Of a DNA stretch of 64,000 nt, positions 9,555 to 20,304 are shown in pieces. The stretch spans positions 1,952,001-2,016,000 of the forward strand of contig OZ241892.1 in assembly GCA_965203485.1 (NCBI GenBank), in the 5' to 3' direction. Under the pieces are notes generated by a model, which was not told where the DNA came from, made no database searches, and saw only the letters and a list, made by a program, of their open reading frames with translations. Every line of letters starts with the position of its first letter. Position 1 is the first letter of the stretch. A program made the translations under genes and the position numbers. This DNA comes from Longimicrobiales bacterium (GTDB lineage Bacteria > Gemmatimonadota > Gemmatimonadetes > Longimicrobiales > Gaopeijiaceae).

Positions 9555-12500
9555 GTGCGGCCTCTCTTCTTGTCCATCGAAGGACTGCGCTCGTTTCGGG
9601 CGCCCGTCGAGATCGACTTCCAGAACCGGGACCACGTGGCCGTCATCGGCGACACGGGCGCCGGCAAGTCGTCGATTCTCGAGGCGATGACCTACGCGCT
9701 GTACGGCAGAACCACCTTCTCGGGCGGAGGCAATCCGGAGCTGATGAACGACACGTCGCAGCGGACGCGCGTCGTGCTGCGGTTCCGGGTGTCGGGCGGG
9801 GAATGGGAGGTGGCCCGCGCGCTTCGCCGGACCAAGCAGGGGAAGGTCCAGCCCGCGGGCGTCCGGCTGCGGCGGACACGCCCGGAAGGCGAGATGGTCG
9901 AGCAGGTCCGGCAGGTCAACGAGCGCGTCAAGGAGTTGCTGGGGCTGGACAGCGACGCGTTCCTGCGGACGGTCGTCCTGCCCCAGGGACGGTTCGCCCG
10001 CCTGCTGGTGGAAGACAAGCCGAGCGAGCGCGGAGAGATCCTTCGCCAAGTGTGGCCGGCGGATGGCATCGACGCGGTGCGGACGGCCGCCGAGGAAGCA
10101 TTGAGGAGGGTGGAGGCGGTCCATCGCCGGGTGGCCGACGAGGCGGCGCGGTACCCGGAGGATCCGGGTGCGCACCTGGCCGAGCTGGTCCGCTTGCGGG
10201 ACGAAGCGGCGCGGCGGGCGAAGGAGGCCGGAGCCATCGAAGAGGAAGCCAGGTCGGGCCGGAGCAAGTTGAAGGAGGCGGAGCGGCGGATGCGGGCCGC
10301 TTCGGAGGCGGCCGCGAACCTGAACGTGGACAGGATCGACCGGGCGGCCGAGCCGGTTGGGCGGCTGGAGGCCGTGGCGGCGGAGATCGCCGAGGCGGAC
10401 GGGCGGATCGAGGAGCGCCAAGCGGAAGCGCGGAAGGCCTTGGACGACCTTGGGCCCGACGAGGAGCGGCGGCGCCGAGAGGTGGCGGGGACGCTGGACG
10501 GGCTGAACCGGCTGGACGGACTTGCCGGGCAGGCGGCGGAGCGCGCCCAGGAATGGCGGTTGGAGCACGCGGCAGCCGAGGATTGGCGGCGCAAGGCCGC
10601 GCAGGTCCGGGAGGACGAAGCCCGGGCGAGCGAAGCGGCGGCGCGCCACGAGAAGGAGCGCGCGCCGCTGGCCGATGCCTTGGAGACGGCCCGCCGACGG
10701 TGCGAGGAAGCCGGGCGGCGGCGCCAGGAAGGAGCCTCGCGGCAACGGGACGCCGAGCGCGCGCGGAAGCGGCTCGCGGAAGCCGAGCAACGGAGAACGG
10801 TCCTCGCCGGCGAATCCGGTAGGGCGGCCAAGGAGGCCGAGGCCGCCCAAGCCGCGTCGGTCCGGGCCGACGGCTCGCTGGCCGGCGCTCGGCGCGCCCA
10901 CTTCGCCGCGTCGGTCGCCGGCGACCTCGAAGCGGGGGACGACTGCCCCGTCTGCGCCCGCGAGCTGCCCCCCGGGTGGTCCGCGCCGGAGGCCGCCGGC
11001 CTGGACGAAGCCGAGCAGTCCGCGAACAGGGCGCGCGACGATGCCGGGAAGGCGCGTGATGCGGCAAGTGCGGCGCGGGCCCGGCTCGGTGGCGCGGACG
11101 AGCAGATCGCCAAGGCGAAGTCCGAGCACGAGGCGGCGGACAAGTCGTTCCGGGACGCGCTGGCGGAGTTCGCCTTGGTGGTCGGCAAGACCGATCTCGG
11201 CGAACCGGGCGTTGCGGCCGCCGAAGGGCCGGATGCGGCGCGCCTAGCCGCGTTGCCCGGCCTGGAAGCGTTGCTCGGTCCGCTCGACGACGCCCGGGGG
11301 AAGGCCGCGGAGGCGTTGCGGCTCCACGACGAAAAGCAGACGGAGCTGGCCGACGCGGCCAAGCAACAGGCAACGGCGGCAGCCGGAACTCGGGCGAAGG
11401 CCGAAGGCGCCCAACAACTGGCCGATGCGGCCCGCAAGCACGGCGACTCGGCTCTGAAGGAACTGGCCGACACGGTTGCGGCGATCGCGGAGCCGTTCCG
11501 CCCGGCATTGAAGTTGCCTGCAGACGTGACGGAACTGGAAGGCGTGGACACGGCTCCGGCGGCCAACCGCATCAAGGCCGCCGAAGAGCAGGCGCAGGCG
11601 CTCGCGGCCCGCGAGAAGCGCCGAAGGCGGCTTCAGGAAACGCTCGACCAAGCGAGCAAGGAGAGAGAGGCGCTCGCCCTGCGACGCAAGCACGAAGTCG
11701 AAGCGCCCCTCCACGAGGTCGGCGCCGTCTTGAGCGGGGAGCGCGACGCGCTGTTGCGGGCCGCGTCCGCCTTGGACGCGAGCGACGACGGCATCCCCGG
11801 CCCCGTTCCGGCCGGCCATCCTGCCGCCGTCGGGGCCTGGGCCGCCCAACTGCGGGCAGCCACGGCCGCCACGCTCGGCCGCGCCGGCCGGACGGCGAAG
11901 GATGCCTCGGGGGCCGCCGAGGCAACCCGCGCCGCCCTGATCGAACTAGGACTCCGCATCGCGGAAGCCGCTGCACGGGCGGCGGAGCCGCTGGAAGGCC
12001 GGCCTGCCCACGACGGCAGTCCGGAGACGCCACAGGAGACCGCCGCCCAGCTCGACCAGGCCCCGCACGACGCCGCGCTCGCGCGCGATCCCGACGAAGT
12101 GGTGGCCGCCGCCGTCCAAGCCGCCGAGGACGCCCGCCACTTCGGCCGCGAGGCCGCGCGCCGGGCCGGCGAATTCGCTGCCATTCACGACGACGTAGCA
12201 ACTCTCCACGCGCTCGCATCCGAAGCCGGCGACCTGGAACTGGCCTTGAGCGACCTGCGCAAGGCGCTGCTTCCCGGCGGCTTCCCCAAGTGGCTGACCC
12301 TTCGCCGGTCGCGGACGCTTCTGCTTCACGCCTCGCAAGTGCTGGAGGACATCACGCGCGAACGCTACGTCTTCGAAGACCCGGGGGAACGCGAAGAGTG
12401 GCGGATCGTGGACAAGGAATCCGGCGAGCCGCGTTCGCCCTCCAGCCTGTCGGGGGGCGAGCAGTTCGTCGCGTCCCTCGCCTTGGCGGTGGGCATGGTC

Positions 12501-12806
12501 GAGGCGATTGCGCGCACCGGCGACCGCCTGGACGCGCTGTTTCTGGACGAGGGCTTCGGCGCCCTGGACCGCAACAACCTGGATGCCGCCGTCGAGGCCC
12601 TGAGCGCCGTGGCCGCACGTGGCCGCACGGTCGGCGTCATATCCCATGTCCGGGCCGTCGCCGAGCAGATCGACCACGTGCTGGAAGTCTCCCGCCGCTC
12701 GACCGGCAGCCAAGCCCGCTGGCTGACCCGCGAAGAACGCGGCCACGTCTCGCGCGCCGACGCCGGCCAAGCCGCGTCCGAGGCCATGGGAGCGCTGCTG
12801 GACTGA
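9555..12806 (+). CDS. sbcC: Rad50/SbcC SMC-family ATPase
   Basis: Walker A GDTGAGKS, LPQGRFA Q-loop, long coiled coil with CPVC zinc hook, LSGGE signature, LFLDEGFG, ISH. Confidence 0.95.
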   Translation: MRPLFLSIEGLRSFRAPVEIDFQNRDHVAVIGDTGAGKSSILEAMTYALYGRTTFSGGGNPELMNDTSQRTRVVLRFRVSGGEWEVARALRRTKQGKVQPAGVRLRRTRPEGEMVEQVRQVNERVKELLGLDSDAFLRTVVLPQGRFARLLVEDKPSERGEILRQVWPADGIDAVRTAAEEALRRVEAVHRRVADEAARYPEDPGAHLAELVRLRDEAARRAKEAGAIEEEARSGRSKLKEAERRMRAASEAAANLNVDRIDRAAEPVGRLEAVAAEIAEADGRIEERQAEARKALDDLGPDEERRRREVAGTLDGLNRLDGLAGQAAERAQEWRLEHAAAEDWRRKAAQVREDEARASEAAARHEKERAPLADALETARRRCEEAGRRRQEGASRQRDAERARKRLAEAEQRRTVLAGESGRAAKEAEAAQAASVRADGSLAGARRAHFAASVAGDLEAGDDCPVCARELPPGWSAPEAAGLDEAEQSANRARDDAGKARDAASAARARLGGADEQIAKAKSEHEAADKSFRDALAEFALVVGKTDLGEPGVAAAEGPDAARLAALPGLEALLGPLDDARGKAAEALRLHDEKQTELADAAKQQATAAAGTRAKAEGAQQLADAARKHGDSALKELADTVAAIAEPFRPALKLPADVTELEGVDTAPAANRIKAAEEQAQALAAREKRRRRLQETLDQASKEREALALRRKHEVEAPLHEVGAVLSGERDALLRAASALDASDDGIPGPVPAGHPAAVGAWAAQLRAATAATLGRAGRTAKDASGAAEATRAALIELGLRIAEAAARAAEPLEGRPAHDGSPETPQETAAQLDQAPHDAALARDPDEVVAAAVQAAEDARHFGREAARRAGEFAAIHDDVATLHALASEAGDLELALSDLRKALLPGGFPKWLTLRRSRTLLLHASQVLEDITRERYVFEDPGEREEWRIVDKESGEPRSPSSLSGGEQFVASLALAVGMVEAIARTGDRLDALFLDEGFGALDRNNLDAAVEALSAVAARGRTVGVISHVRAVAEQIDHVLEVSRRSTGSQARWLTREERGHVSRADAGQAASEAMGALLD

Positions 12807-12967
12807 GCCGGACCGGCATCCGTTCAAGGGCGGGCACCGGGCCGAGCGGCGTCCGAAAGCGGCCGGCGGGCGGCGGCGCGGAGGCTCCACCTTGGCGACC
12901 CGAGGAACCGGGCGCATATTTGGGCACGGCCCAGCCGCACGCAACCCAGAAGGGAGCGACCGGAAGA

Positions 12968-13558
12968 ATGAAGCTGAACTTCACGGACAAGGCCCGCGAC
13001 ATGGTCCTGTCCTTCATGGATCAGGAGGAGGACGGGCCGCAGGCTCTGCGAATCGCGGTGGACGGCAGCCCGTTCGCGCCGAACTACGAACTCACCTTGG
13101 TGGAGGCGGCCAGTCGGCAGGATTCGGACGTCGAGGTGCCGGCGGGCGACTTCGCCGTGCTGGTGGACCGAGCCAGCGTCGAACGACTGGACGGCGCCTC
13201 GGTGGACTTCGTGGAGACGTTGCAGGAGAGCGGCTTCCAGATCACGCCGGACCCGAATGCCGTGAAGGCGGCCGTGGACGCGGCGGCTCCTAACGGGGAA
13301 CTCGCGGACCGCGTTCGGCAGGTGCTCGACACGGAGGTCAACCCGGCGGTGGCCGCGCACGGGGGCGCGATCAACCTCGTGGACGTGCAGGGGACGGAAG
13401 TCTTCATCGAGATGGCCGGCGGGTGCCAAGGGTGCGCCATGTCCCGCATGACGTTGCGCCAAGGGGTGGAGCGCATGGTCTCGCAGGCCGTCCCGGAAGT
13501 CACCGCCATCCACGACGTGACCGACCACATGAGCGGGGAGAATCCCTACTTCACGTAG
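12968..13558 (+). CDS. nfuA: Fe-S cluster biogenesis protein NfuA (degenerate ATC domain + NifU C-terminal domain)
   Basis: LDGASVDFVE..ESGF, VNPAVAAHGG, GGCQGC. Confidence 0.9.
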   Translation: MKLNFTDKARDMVLSFMDQEEDGPQALRIAVDGSPFAPNYELTLVEAASRQDSDVEVPAGDFAVLVDRASVERLDGASVDFVETLQESGFQITPDPNAVKAAVDAAAPNGELADRVRQVLDTEVNPAVAAHGGAINLVDVQGTEVFIEMAGGCQGCAMSRMTLRQGVERMVSQAVPEVTAIHDVTDHMSGENPYFT

Positions 13559-14544
13559 CGGCCGGCCGGTCGCTTGGCCGATGAAGTGCGGTTCGTCCCC
13601 GACGTGCACGAACAGGGGACGGGCCCGGAACTGCCGTCCCCGCTGTGAGCGCGCCGCAGCGCTTCCAGTTCCTCCACGGTCTTGGGCCAGTCCTTCCGCA
13701 ACAGCGTCGAGAGGGCGCGATCGGCCAGCAGGCGGCCTCCAGTTTGGCACGCCGGACAGTAGTTGGTCTCGCGGGCGGCGTAGACGATCCGTTGCACGGG
13801 CGTTCGGCACCGGGGACAAGGCTCGCCGTACTTCCCGTGGACCGACATGGCGGGGTGGAAGGCAGTGATCTTCGACGGAAAACGGCCGTCTGCTTCCGCG
13901 ACGAGCCGGGCGGACCACTCGCCGAGCGATTCGCGAACCGCCGAGCGCAACCGCGCCATCTCGGCGTCGTCGAGGCTGCGCGACAGGCGGACGGGCGACA
14001 GGCGCGCGCGGAACAGAATCTCGTCGGAATGGGCATTGCCGATGCCCGACAGGATGCGCGGGTCCGTGAGGGCGCGCTTGAGGGTGCGGTTCTCGCGGCG
14101 GACGGCTCGCGCGAACGTGTCGAAGGACGCCTCGAGCGGGTCGATTCCGCCCGGATCGTGCAGTCCAAGAGCCGCTTCGCCCCGCACCACGTGCAGCGAG
14201 ACGCGTTTGCGGGCCCCCGCCTCCGTGAGCAGCAGACTGCCGCTCGCGAAGTCGAAGGCGGCGTGGCCCAGCTTCTTCGGTATCGCGGCGCCCGGCGCCG
14301 TCCACCGGAAGCGGCCGCCGACCATCAAATGGACGACCACGAAGAACTCGTCCTGAAGGCACAGGACCACCCGCTTGCCGATCCGCCGCACTCCCTCGAC
14401 GGTCTTGCCGTGGACTTCTTCCACCGGGGGAGCGACGCTCTTGAGCACTGCCGGGGAGCGCACGCGAACGCGTTCAATGCGCTCCCCCGCGACGCGTTCG
14501 CGCAAGGCGTGCAGGTACAGGGCGATTTCAGGGAGCTCGGGCAT
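13546..14544 (-). CDS. Fpg/Nei family DNA glycosylase/AP lyase
   Basis: N-terminal MPELPE, RRIGKR, HLM, H2[13 protein letters not shown], zinc finger CPRC...CPAC. Confidence 0.92.
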   Translation of the reverse strand: MPELPEIALYLHALRERVAGERIERVRVRSPAVLKSVAPPVEEVHGKTVEGVRRIGKRVVLCLQDEFFVVVHLMVGGRFRWTAPGAAIPKKLGHAAFDFASGSLLLTEAGARKRVSLHVVRGEAALGLHDPGGIDPLEASFDTFARAVRRENRTLKRALTDPRILSGIGNAHSDEILFRARLSPVRLSRSLDDAEMARLRSAVRESLGEWSARLVAEADGRFPSKITAFHPAMSVHGKYGEPCPRCRTPVQRIVYAARETNYCPACQTGGRLLADRALSTLLRKDWPKTVEELEALRRAHSGDGSSGPVPCSCTSGTNRTSSAKRPAGRYVK

Positions 14545-14738
14545 CGAGCACGACTTCCTTTCCGCGCGGACTGCGGCCAATCATATTGGGGCGCCGGCGG
14601 ATTGCGCCAAGGGTCGCGCGCGTTCCCCAATGCCTCGGACTCCGGCCCGGCTCCCGGGACGACGACGACGCGCCCGAACCGACTCTTCCTTCTGGAAGCC
14701 CGCAAAATGAAATCAGGAACGGGCCGCCACGCCGCAGG

Positions 14739-16163
14739 ATGGCCGTTCGCACTCTGATCCGAAATGCGGACGTGGTCCTGCCGAGCGGAATCGCGCGAAT
14801 CTCGGTGCTGTTGGAGGACGGACGGATCGCGGTCCTGGACGCTCCCCCGACGCTGCGCGCCGACGAGACGGTCAACGCTTCCGGCCTTCACCTGCTGCCG
14901 GGCGTGATCGACGCGCACGTGCACTTCCGCGACCCTGGGCTGACGCACAAGGAGGACTTGGCCACGGGCAGCCAAGCGTGCGCCGCCGGGGGCGTCACGT
15001 CGTTCCTGGACATGCCCAACACGACGCCCCAGACGGTCACCGTGGAGGCGTTGGAGGACAAGCTGGCCATTGCGGCGCGCAAATGCGTGGTCAACTACGG
15101 CTTCTACGTCGGGGCCACGCGCGACAACTTGGCCGAGCTTCAGCGGGCCGCGCGCACGCCGGAAGTCGCCGCGCGCACGCCGGGCGTCAAGGTGTTCCTG
15201 GGGTCCAGCACGGGCGCCATGCTGCTGGACGATCCCGAGCTTCTGGAACGCCTCTTCGCGGAGACGACCTTGCCCATCGCCGCGCACTGCGAGGACGAAG
15301 CCGCGGTCCGGGCGAACCAAGCGCGGCTGGAAGAAGAGAGGCAACCCTCCAGCGACGCGGGCGCATCCAGCAAAGACGCTTCGCCCGGCCAGCGAAGCGG
15401 ACGGGACCGGCCGCTCCTGTCGATCAGCGACCACTCCCGCATCAGGGACCGAGCGGCCGCGGTTCGGGCAACCCGGCGCGCCGTCGACTTGGCGCAACGT
15501 CATGGTCGGCGGCTCCACGTCCTTCACGTCTCGACCGCGGAGGAAGCCGCGCTGCTCGCGAAGGCCGGCCCCCTCGTCACGTCCGAGGCCTGTCCCCACC
15601 ACATCTTCCTCGACACGTCGGACTACGGACGCCTCGGCTCTCTAGCCCAGATGAATCCAGCCTTGAAGACGACTGCGGACCGCGCAGCGCTGTGGAAGGC
15701 CCTCAAGGACGGCGCGATCGACATGATCGCCACCGACCACGCGCCTCACACGCTCGAAGAAAAGCGGGTCCCCTACCCCGATTCCCCGTCCGGCGTGCCT
15801 GCGGTGGAAGTGGCTCTGCCCCTCATGCTCGACCAGGTCGCTCAGGGGCGCTGCACGCTCGAGGAAGTGGCGCGGTGGATGTCGGACGCGCCCGCGCGGG
15901 TCTGGCGAATCGCGGGCAAGGGCCGCATCGAAGAAGGACTGGACGCCGATCTGGTGCTCGTGGACTTGTCGTTGCGACGCGAGGTCAGGAACGCCGAGCA
16001 GCGCTCGAAGTGCGGATGGACGCCTTGGCACCGCGCCCAACTGACCGGATGGCCGGTGCGGACCTGGGTGGGAGGCCGGACGGTCTTCAAGGACGGGGAG
16101 GTGGACCCGGAGCCGCGCGGGGAACCGATCGTCTTCGACCGGAGCGCCGACGAAGCGGACTGA
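14739..16163 (+). CDS. pyrC: Dihydroorotase (cyclic amidohydrolase family)
   Basis: [45 protein letters not shown]. Confidence 0.85.
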   Translation: MAVRTLIRNADVVLPSGIARISVLLEDGRIAVLDAPPTLRADETVNASGLHLLPGVIDAHVHFRDPGLTHKEDLATGSQACAAGGVTSFLDMPNTTPQTVTVEALEDKLAIAARKCVVNYGFYVGATRDNLAELQRAARTPEVAARTPGVKVFLGSSTGAMLLDDPELLERLFAETTLPIAAHCEDEAAVRANQARLEEERQPSSDAGASSKDASPGQRSGRDRPLLSISDHSRIRDRAAAVRATRRAVDLAQRHGRRLHVLHVSTAEEAALLAKAGPLVTSEACPHHIFLDTSDYGRLGSLAQMNPALKTTADRAALWKALKDGAIDMIATDHAPHTLEEKRVPYPDSPSGVPAVEVALPLMLDQVAQGRCTLEEVARWMSDAPARVWRIAGKGRIEEGLDADLVLVDLSLRREVRNAEQRSKCGWTPWHRAQLTGWPVRTWVGGRTVFKDGEVDPEPRGEPIVFDRSADEAD

Positions 16164-16189
16164 AGCGCAGCAACGATCCGCAAGGCGAA

Positions 16190-16586
16190 GCTGGGCCGAA
16201 GCGCCACAGCGACCGAGCTTCGTGGCCAGCCGCTTCACTTCTTGCGGCGACAGCGCCGCCCGCTCGTCGGGCCGAAGCGCCGCCCGCCACTCCTTGAGCG
16301 GATGAAAGTGAACCCTTCGGACCGGTCCGCCGCTCGCCAGCCGCTTGGCCTTGGACCTCGGCCGCGTCAGTAACACCACTTCCACCACGCGGACGTCCGG
16401 CGGACCGATCGCCACCATGTCTATCTCGTCGGACTGAAGCTGGTGCGTGACCGAGAAGATCAGATTCGTCAGCACGTACCAGCAATCGTCGCCCGGCAAC
16501 GAGTTCAGCCCGGCCTTGACCTTCTCCAGCACTTGGCATTCGCTCTCGGTCACAGCCAGGCCGCAGGGAATGGGCTCGGCTCTCAT
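16190..16586 (-). pseudogene. Remnant N-terminal NERD (PD-(D/E)xK) domain of a larger protein; internally deleted and truncated
   Basis: IPCG..V.ESE...LTNL.FS....QSDEIDMVAIGPP.VRVVEV. The Lys expected after EV is missing, and the frame runs into antisense pyrC. Left boundary approximate. Confidence 0.6.
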
Positions 16587-16769
16587 CGCTTGGCTTCCCC
16601 ACAGGTAGGGTGCTTCATCCGATCAAAGTTGGCACGCGGCTATCCGGCGCCAAGTCGGGCGGGACTTCGCGATTGAACGGGCTTGGTCAGCTCCAGCGCG
16701 GCAAGGTCGTTGGTGCCGACCACTACCCCCCAGCTTGCCTCCGCCGCCCCAACGGTAGAAGTTCACCAC

Positions 16770-17719
16770 ATGCCCAACAGAGACCGAGCAAGCTCACAAG
16801 CCGATCTGGCGACCAGGCGCGGGTCGCGAGGACACCCTGCGACTCCAGGCGTGCCCCCCCGCCAGAAGCGAGGCCCGAATCTGGAGAACCGACCTTCGGA
16901 CCGGGACCGTGTGGAGTGCTACGAAGCACTACGCCGGGTGGCTCGTGCCGTCGAGGCAACCCCGGCGGACAGAAAATACTTGGTGTTGCGCGCCGCGGAC
17001 GAGATGCTGGGCGACGGCGTGCGGCAACGTATCAGCGGGGAGACGCCGGTACTCGACGGACTGGACGAGCTTGACGCCTACGCGACGGCGTATTTGCCGG
17101 CCTGCTCCAAGAAACCGTGGGGTGCGGCACCGGTCGCGACCCGGACGTTCGGTTCGACGGATGCCAGGCGAACATGGTGACGATCCGATCCCAGGTCCCC
17201 CGCTACGCAAGCACCAAGCTTCCGGTGATGCTCCTCGGCGAGCGGGGAGTCGGCAAGGGCCAGCTCTTGCGAGCCATCGCGTCGACCTGGCCGAAGCCCG
17301 CCGCGTTGGTGACGGTGAGCTTGGCCGCGCTCCCGGAGAGTCTCGCGGAATCGGAGTTGTTCGGCCACGTGAAGGGAGCGTACACCGGCGCAACAGCGAG
17401 CCGACACGGGCTGATCATGACGGCGCACAATGACAGAGGCGGGCTCTACTTGGACGATGTCGGCGAATGCCCGCCGACCGTCCAAGCAAAGTTGCTTACG
17501 TGCTTGGACGACGGCATCCTCCGCGCGGTGGGCTCCGACAAAGGGATTTCAATCGGACGAGGACTGGACCGCCGCTTCGCGGTGTTCTCTTCCGCGCAAC
17601 CGGGTAGCCTCGGCCGCCTCCGGCCCGACCTCAGGGACCGGTTGGCCAGTCACCTCGTCGTGATCCCGCCTCTCAGCGAACGCGGGCTCGACATCCTCCT
17701 TCTCGGCTCGGCTACATGA
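16770..17719 (+). pseudogene. Frameshifted, C-terminally truncated sigma-54-dependent enhancer-binding protein
   Basis: Walker A GERGVGKG, ESELFGHVKGAYTGA, LYLDDVGE, QAKLL, RPDLRDRL, IPPLSER.DI, then a stop with no HTH. The upstream part lies in another frame (16770-17180). Confidence 0.75.
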
Positions 17720-17774
17720 AAACCAATAGTCGGCATGACGCCGACACAAGGCCCACCGGACAAGGAGAAGCTCC

Positions 17775-17837
17775 ATGAACACCCTGAGCAACGTCATCCG
17801 CATCCTATTCGCCGTCACGCCATCGTACTCGGCATAG
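17775..17837 (+). CDS. Possible short peptide MNTLSNVIRILFAVTPSYSA (signal-peptide-like, possibly truncated)
   Basis: Strong AAGGAG RBS at 17762-17767, ATG at 17775, TAG at 17835-17837. Confidence 0.35.
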   Translation: MNTLSNVIRILFAVTPSYSA

Positions 17838-17858
17838 TATCGCGATTTTGTTGATCTG

Positions 17859-19037
17859 ATGGCAAATCCGCAACGACACAGCATTCCCACGTTGCCGTCA
17901 TCGCGCCGAACGGCATTGCTTGTTGCGTTGTTTGCGGTTGCCACAGGAAATCAATGCGCACCCAGACACGACGATGCCGGGAGCGACCTTCCGATCTTCA
18001 TGTCTTCGCTGTTGAGAGACATCGACTTGGAGAGTGGAGATGGTCCCGTCGTGATGGGTGTCAACGATCTTGCCGTTGACTCGACAGGACACCTGTTTGT
18101 CCTCGACGCGATGGCCGGACGCCTTCACAAGTACGACACATCCGGCAACTATGTGGCGTCACTTTCGGACACCGTCGGCAACGCGATCTTTCTGCGGCAA
18201 CCGGTGGGTGCACCGCCCACTGGAGTGGCGGTCGGCCAAGACGGCAACATCTACGTCACGGGCGCCCCGCGCGACATGTTTCCGAATCGGTTGTGGGATT
18301 CGACGGCCGTTTCACGGATTTCGCCTGATCTGGCCATCGATGCCGTCTATCGATTTGGGCGTACCCAGAGCCTTGTCAGACTGGATGTGTGGCGAGACAA
18401 GCTGGTAGTGGCCTTGGATCGCCCACGCGACCTCGTCGAGCGTTTCTTGGGATATTCCGATGAACATGTCAAAGCCAATGAAGAGCTTCTCGCCATGACC
18501 TATGCCGGCACGCCGACGATGTATTTTCATCCTGCAGACGAAAGAAAACATAGTGTTCCCTATTGGGGAGGATGGTTCGGCACTTTCGTGGCGGCAACAA
18601 ACGACGATCTCTTGGTCGTGAATTCGCTGTACCCCGTCCATCGATACGGTCCCGGAGGCGAAGCGGCTGGTACTTTCGGCGATCCTTCGCCGTCCTTCCG
18701 GCAACCCAGTCGCCCGGAGCCCAGATCGTTTCCCACAGCGAACGCGGCCTACTACGAGTGGCGGAATTCGTTCACGACCATAGATGGCATTCACGTGTTG
18801 GCAGACTCGCTGGTCGTCGTCTTGCTGGTCGACCAGGACGGCGATACGCACGCGGCGATCGAGAAGCGCTGGCGTGCCGACGTGTTCAAGCTGAACTCGG
18901 GCGAGGTCGTTGCCCGGGACGTGGCGCTGGAGGGCAACGTGTTGCACGCCGACACCTTGTTGTACGTTGCTTGGCAGCCCACGGAAGAAGGCTGGCACAT
19001 AGGTCTTTTCGACTTGAGGGAAGAGGGAGCGCGATGA
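17859..19037 (+). CDS. NHL/6-bladed beta-propeller putative lipoprotein
   Basis: Hydrophobic signal followed by Cys; repeats DLAVDSTGHLFVLD and GVAVGQDGNIYVT. Confidence 0.7.
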   Translation: MANPQRHSIPTLPSSRRTALLVALFAVATGNQCAPRHDDAGSDLPIFMSSLLRDIDLESGDGPVVMGVNDLAVDSTGHLFVLDAMAGRLHKYDTSGNYVASLSDTVGNAIFLRQPVGAPPTGVAVGQDGNIYVTGAPRDMFPNRLWDSTAVSRISPDLAIDAVYRFGRTQSLVRLDVWRDKLVVALDRPRDLVERFLGYSDEHVKANEELLAMTYAGTPTMYFHPADERKHSVPYWGGWFGTFVAATNDDLLVVNSLYPVHRYGPGGEAAGTFGDPSPSFRQPSRPEPRSFPTANAAYYEWRNSFTTIDGIHVLADSLVVVLLVDQDGDTHAAIEKRWRADVFKLNSGEVVARDVALEGNVLHADTLLYVAWQPTEEGWHIGLFDLREEGAR

Positions 19038-20239
19038 CTCGCCGTGGCCGAAAACGCTCGTCGATGAACCGATTCATCAAGGCGACCCAGGAAGGTTTCG
19101 TTGGCCCGGCATCGCGCCGTTGCAGGCTGATTGCCACGGCCTGGTTGGCAACGTCGTGGACGGCGTGCGCCGACAACGGAGAACCAGTCTCGCGAGAGGT
19201 CGTTCTGCACATCGACGATGCTCCGCTGTGGACGTTGGACTTCAGCTTCGAGGTCGAGCAGCAGGAAGACGATCCGCTGGGAAGGGTCGCCGGAGCCGTC
19301 TTCGCGACTTCGGACCTCGTCGCGGTTGGCGACGCGCTCAACAATCGCATCGTCCTTGTCGACTCCTTGGGAACAGTGGTGGGAACGGTTGGACGCTCGG
19401 GAATGGGGCCGCTGGAGTTTGCGGAGCTGGGGCTCGTGGCCCGTTGGCCGGCGGGGGATTCGGTGTTCGCTTGGGACGCAAGGGCAAGACGCTATTCGGT
19501 GTTTTCGCCGTACAGCCGCGCAGGTCGCACAACCGTGCCGGAGGGAGTGGAAACGCCGGTCGCCCGCGCCTTGCCCGGCCTGGACGGCGGGCTCTGGGTT
19601 GTCGGCGTGGTGTTGGCAGGACCCGGCGACGTGCAGTCCAGCGGACGCTATCGGCTCCATCACGACGTCGGATATTGGGAAGGCGTCGGCAAGGTGCGGA
19701 AGGTCGCGTCGGTCGCCGGTCCGCAAATGGTTGGACGAGCGCCGGCATTGTTCGCTCCGCACACGAGTCTTGCGGCCGGCGGAGGATTCCTGTTCGTCAG
19801 CGAGGGCGAACGACCTACGGTTGCGGCGATGGAATCAAGCGGCGTAGTCCGGCGTGAGATTACGGTGAACGGACTGGCCGCCGAGTTCACCGAAGCGTTG
19901 CGCGAGAAGCACGTGGAGTGGTTGCATGCGCATAGCGGCTATTCACGGGAGAGCGTCGACTGGATGCTCGAAAACGCGCCTCTGCCGGAAGTGGTGGACG
20001 CGTTCGTGCAGGTCGTCTTCGCCCGAGACGGTTCGCTTTGGCTTGGACAACGTGGCGCCCCGGGCGGAGAAGAGCGTCACTGGATCAACGTCACCACGGA
20101 GGGCGCCCCCATGCGGCGCGTAGTGACGCCGACGGGACGGACAATGCTGGACGCCGCCGGAGACCGCTTGCTTTTCCTGCGCCGCGACGACTTGGAGCGG
20201 GATTACGTGGAAGTGCACACGGCGATTTCGCCCGGCTGA
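19034..20239 (+). CDS. 6-bladed beta-propeller putative lipoprotein
   Basis: ATGA overlap with the previous gene; WTAC lipobox-like; VGD..NNRIVLVD..G..VG.VGR.G.GP.EF; DGSLWL. Confidence 0.75.
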   Translation: MTRRGRKRSSMNRFIKATQEGFVGPASRRCRLIATAWLATSWTACADNGEPVSREVVLHIDDAPLWTLDFSFEVEQQEDDPLGRVAGAVFATSDLVAVGDALNNRIVLVDSLGTVVGTVGRSGMGPLEFAELGLVARWPAGDSVFAWDARARRYSVFSPYSRAGRTTVPEGVETPVARALPGLDGGLWVVGVVLAGPGDVQSSGRYRLHHDVGYWEGVGKVRKVASVAGPQMVGRAPALFAPHTSLAAGGGFLFVSEGERPTVAAMESSGVVRREITVNGLAAEFTEALREKHVEWLHAHSGYSRESVDWMLENAPLPEVVDAFVQVVFARDGSLWLGQRGAPGGEERHWINVTTEGAPMRRVVTPTGRTMLDAAGDRLLFLRRDDLERDYVEVHTAISPG

Positions 20240-20304
20240 CGCGCCCAAGCCGGACTCGGCTCCGGCCCCCCGCCCCCGCCCCGATCCAACCGAGCGGCCC
20301 CGGC

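Noticed and set aside
16629..16645. Sigma-54 promoter (TTGGCACG...) near the broken activator
   Set aside because: The -24 element matches, but the -12 TTGC is replaced by TATC.
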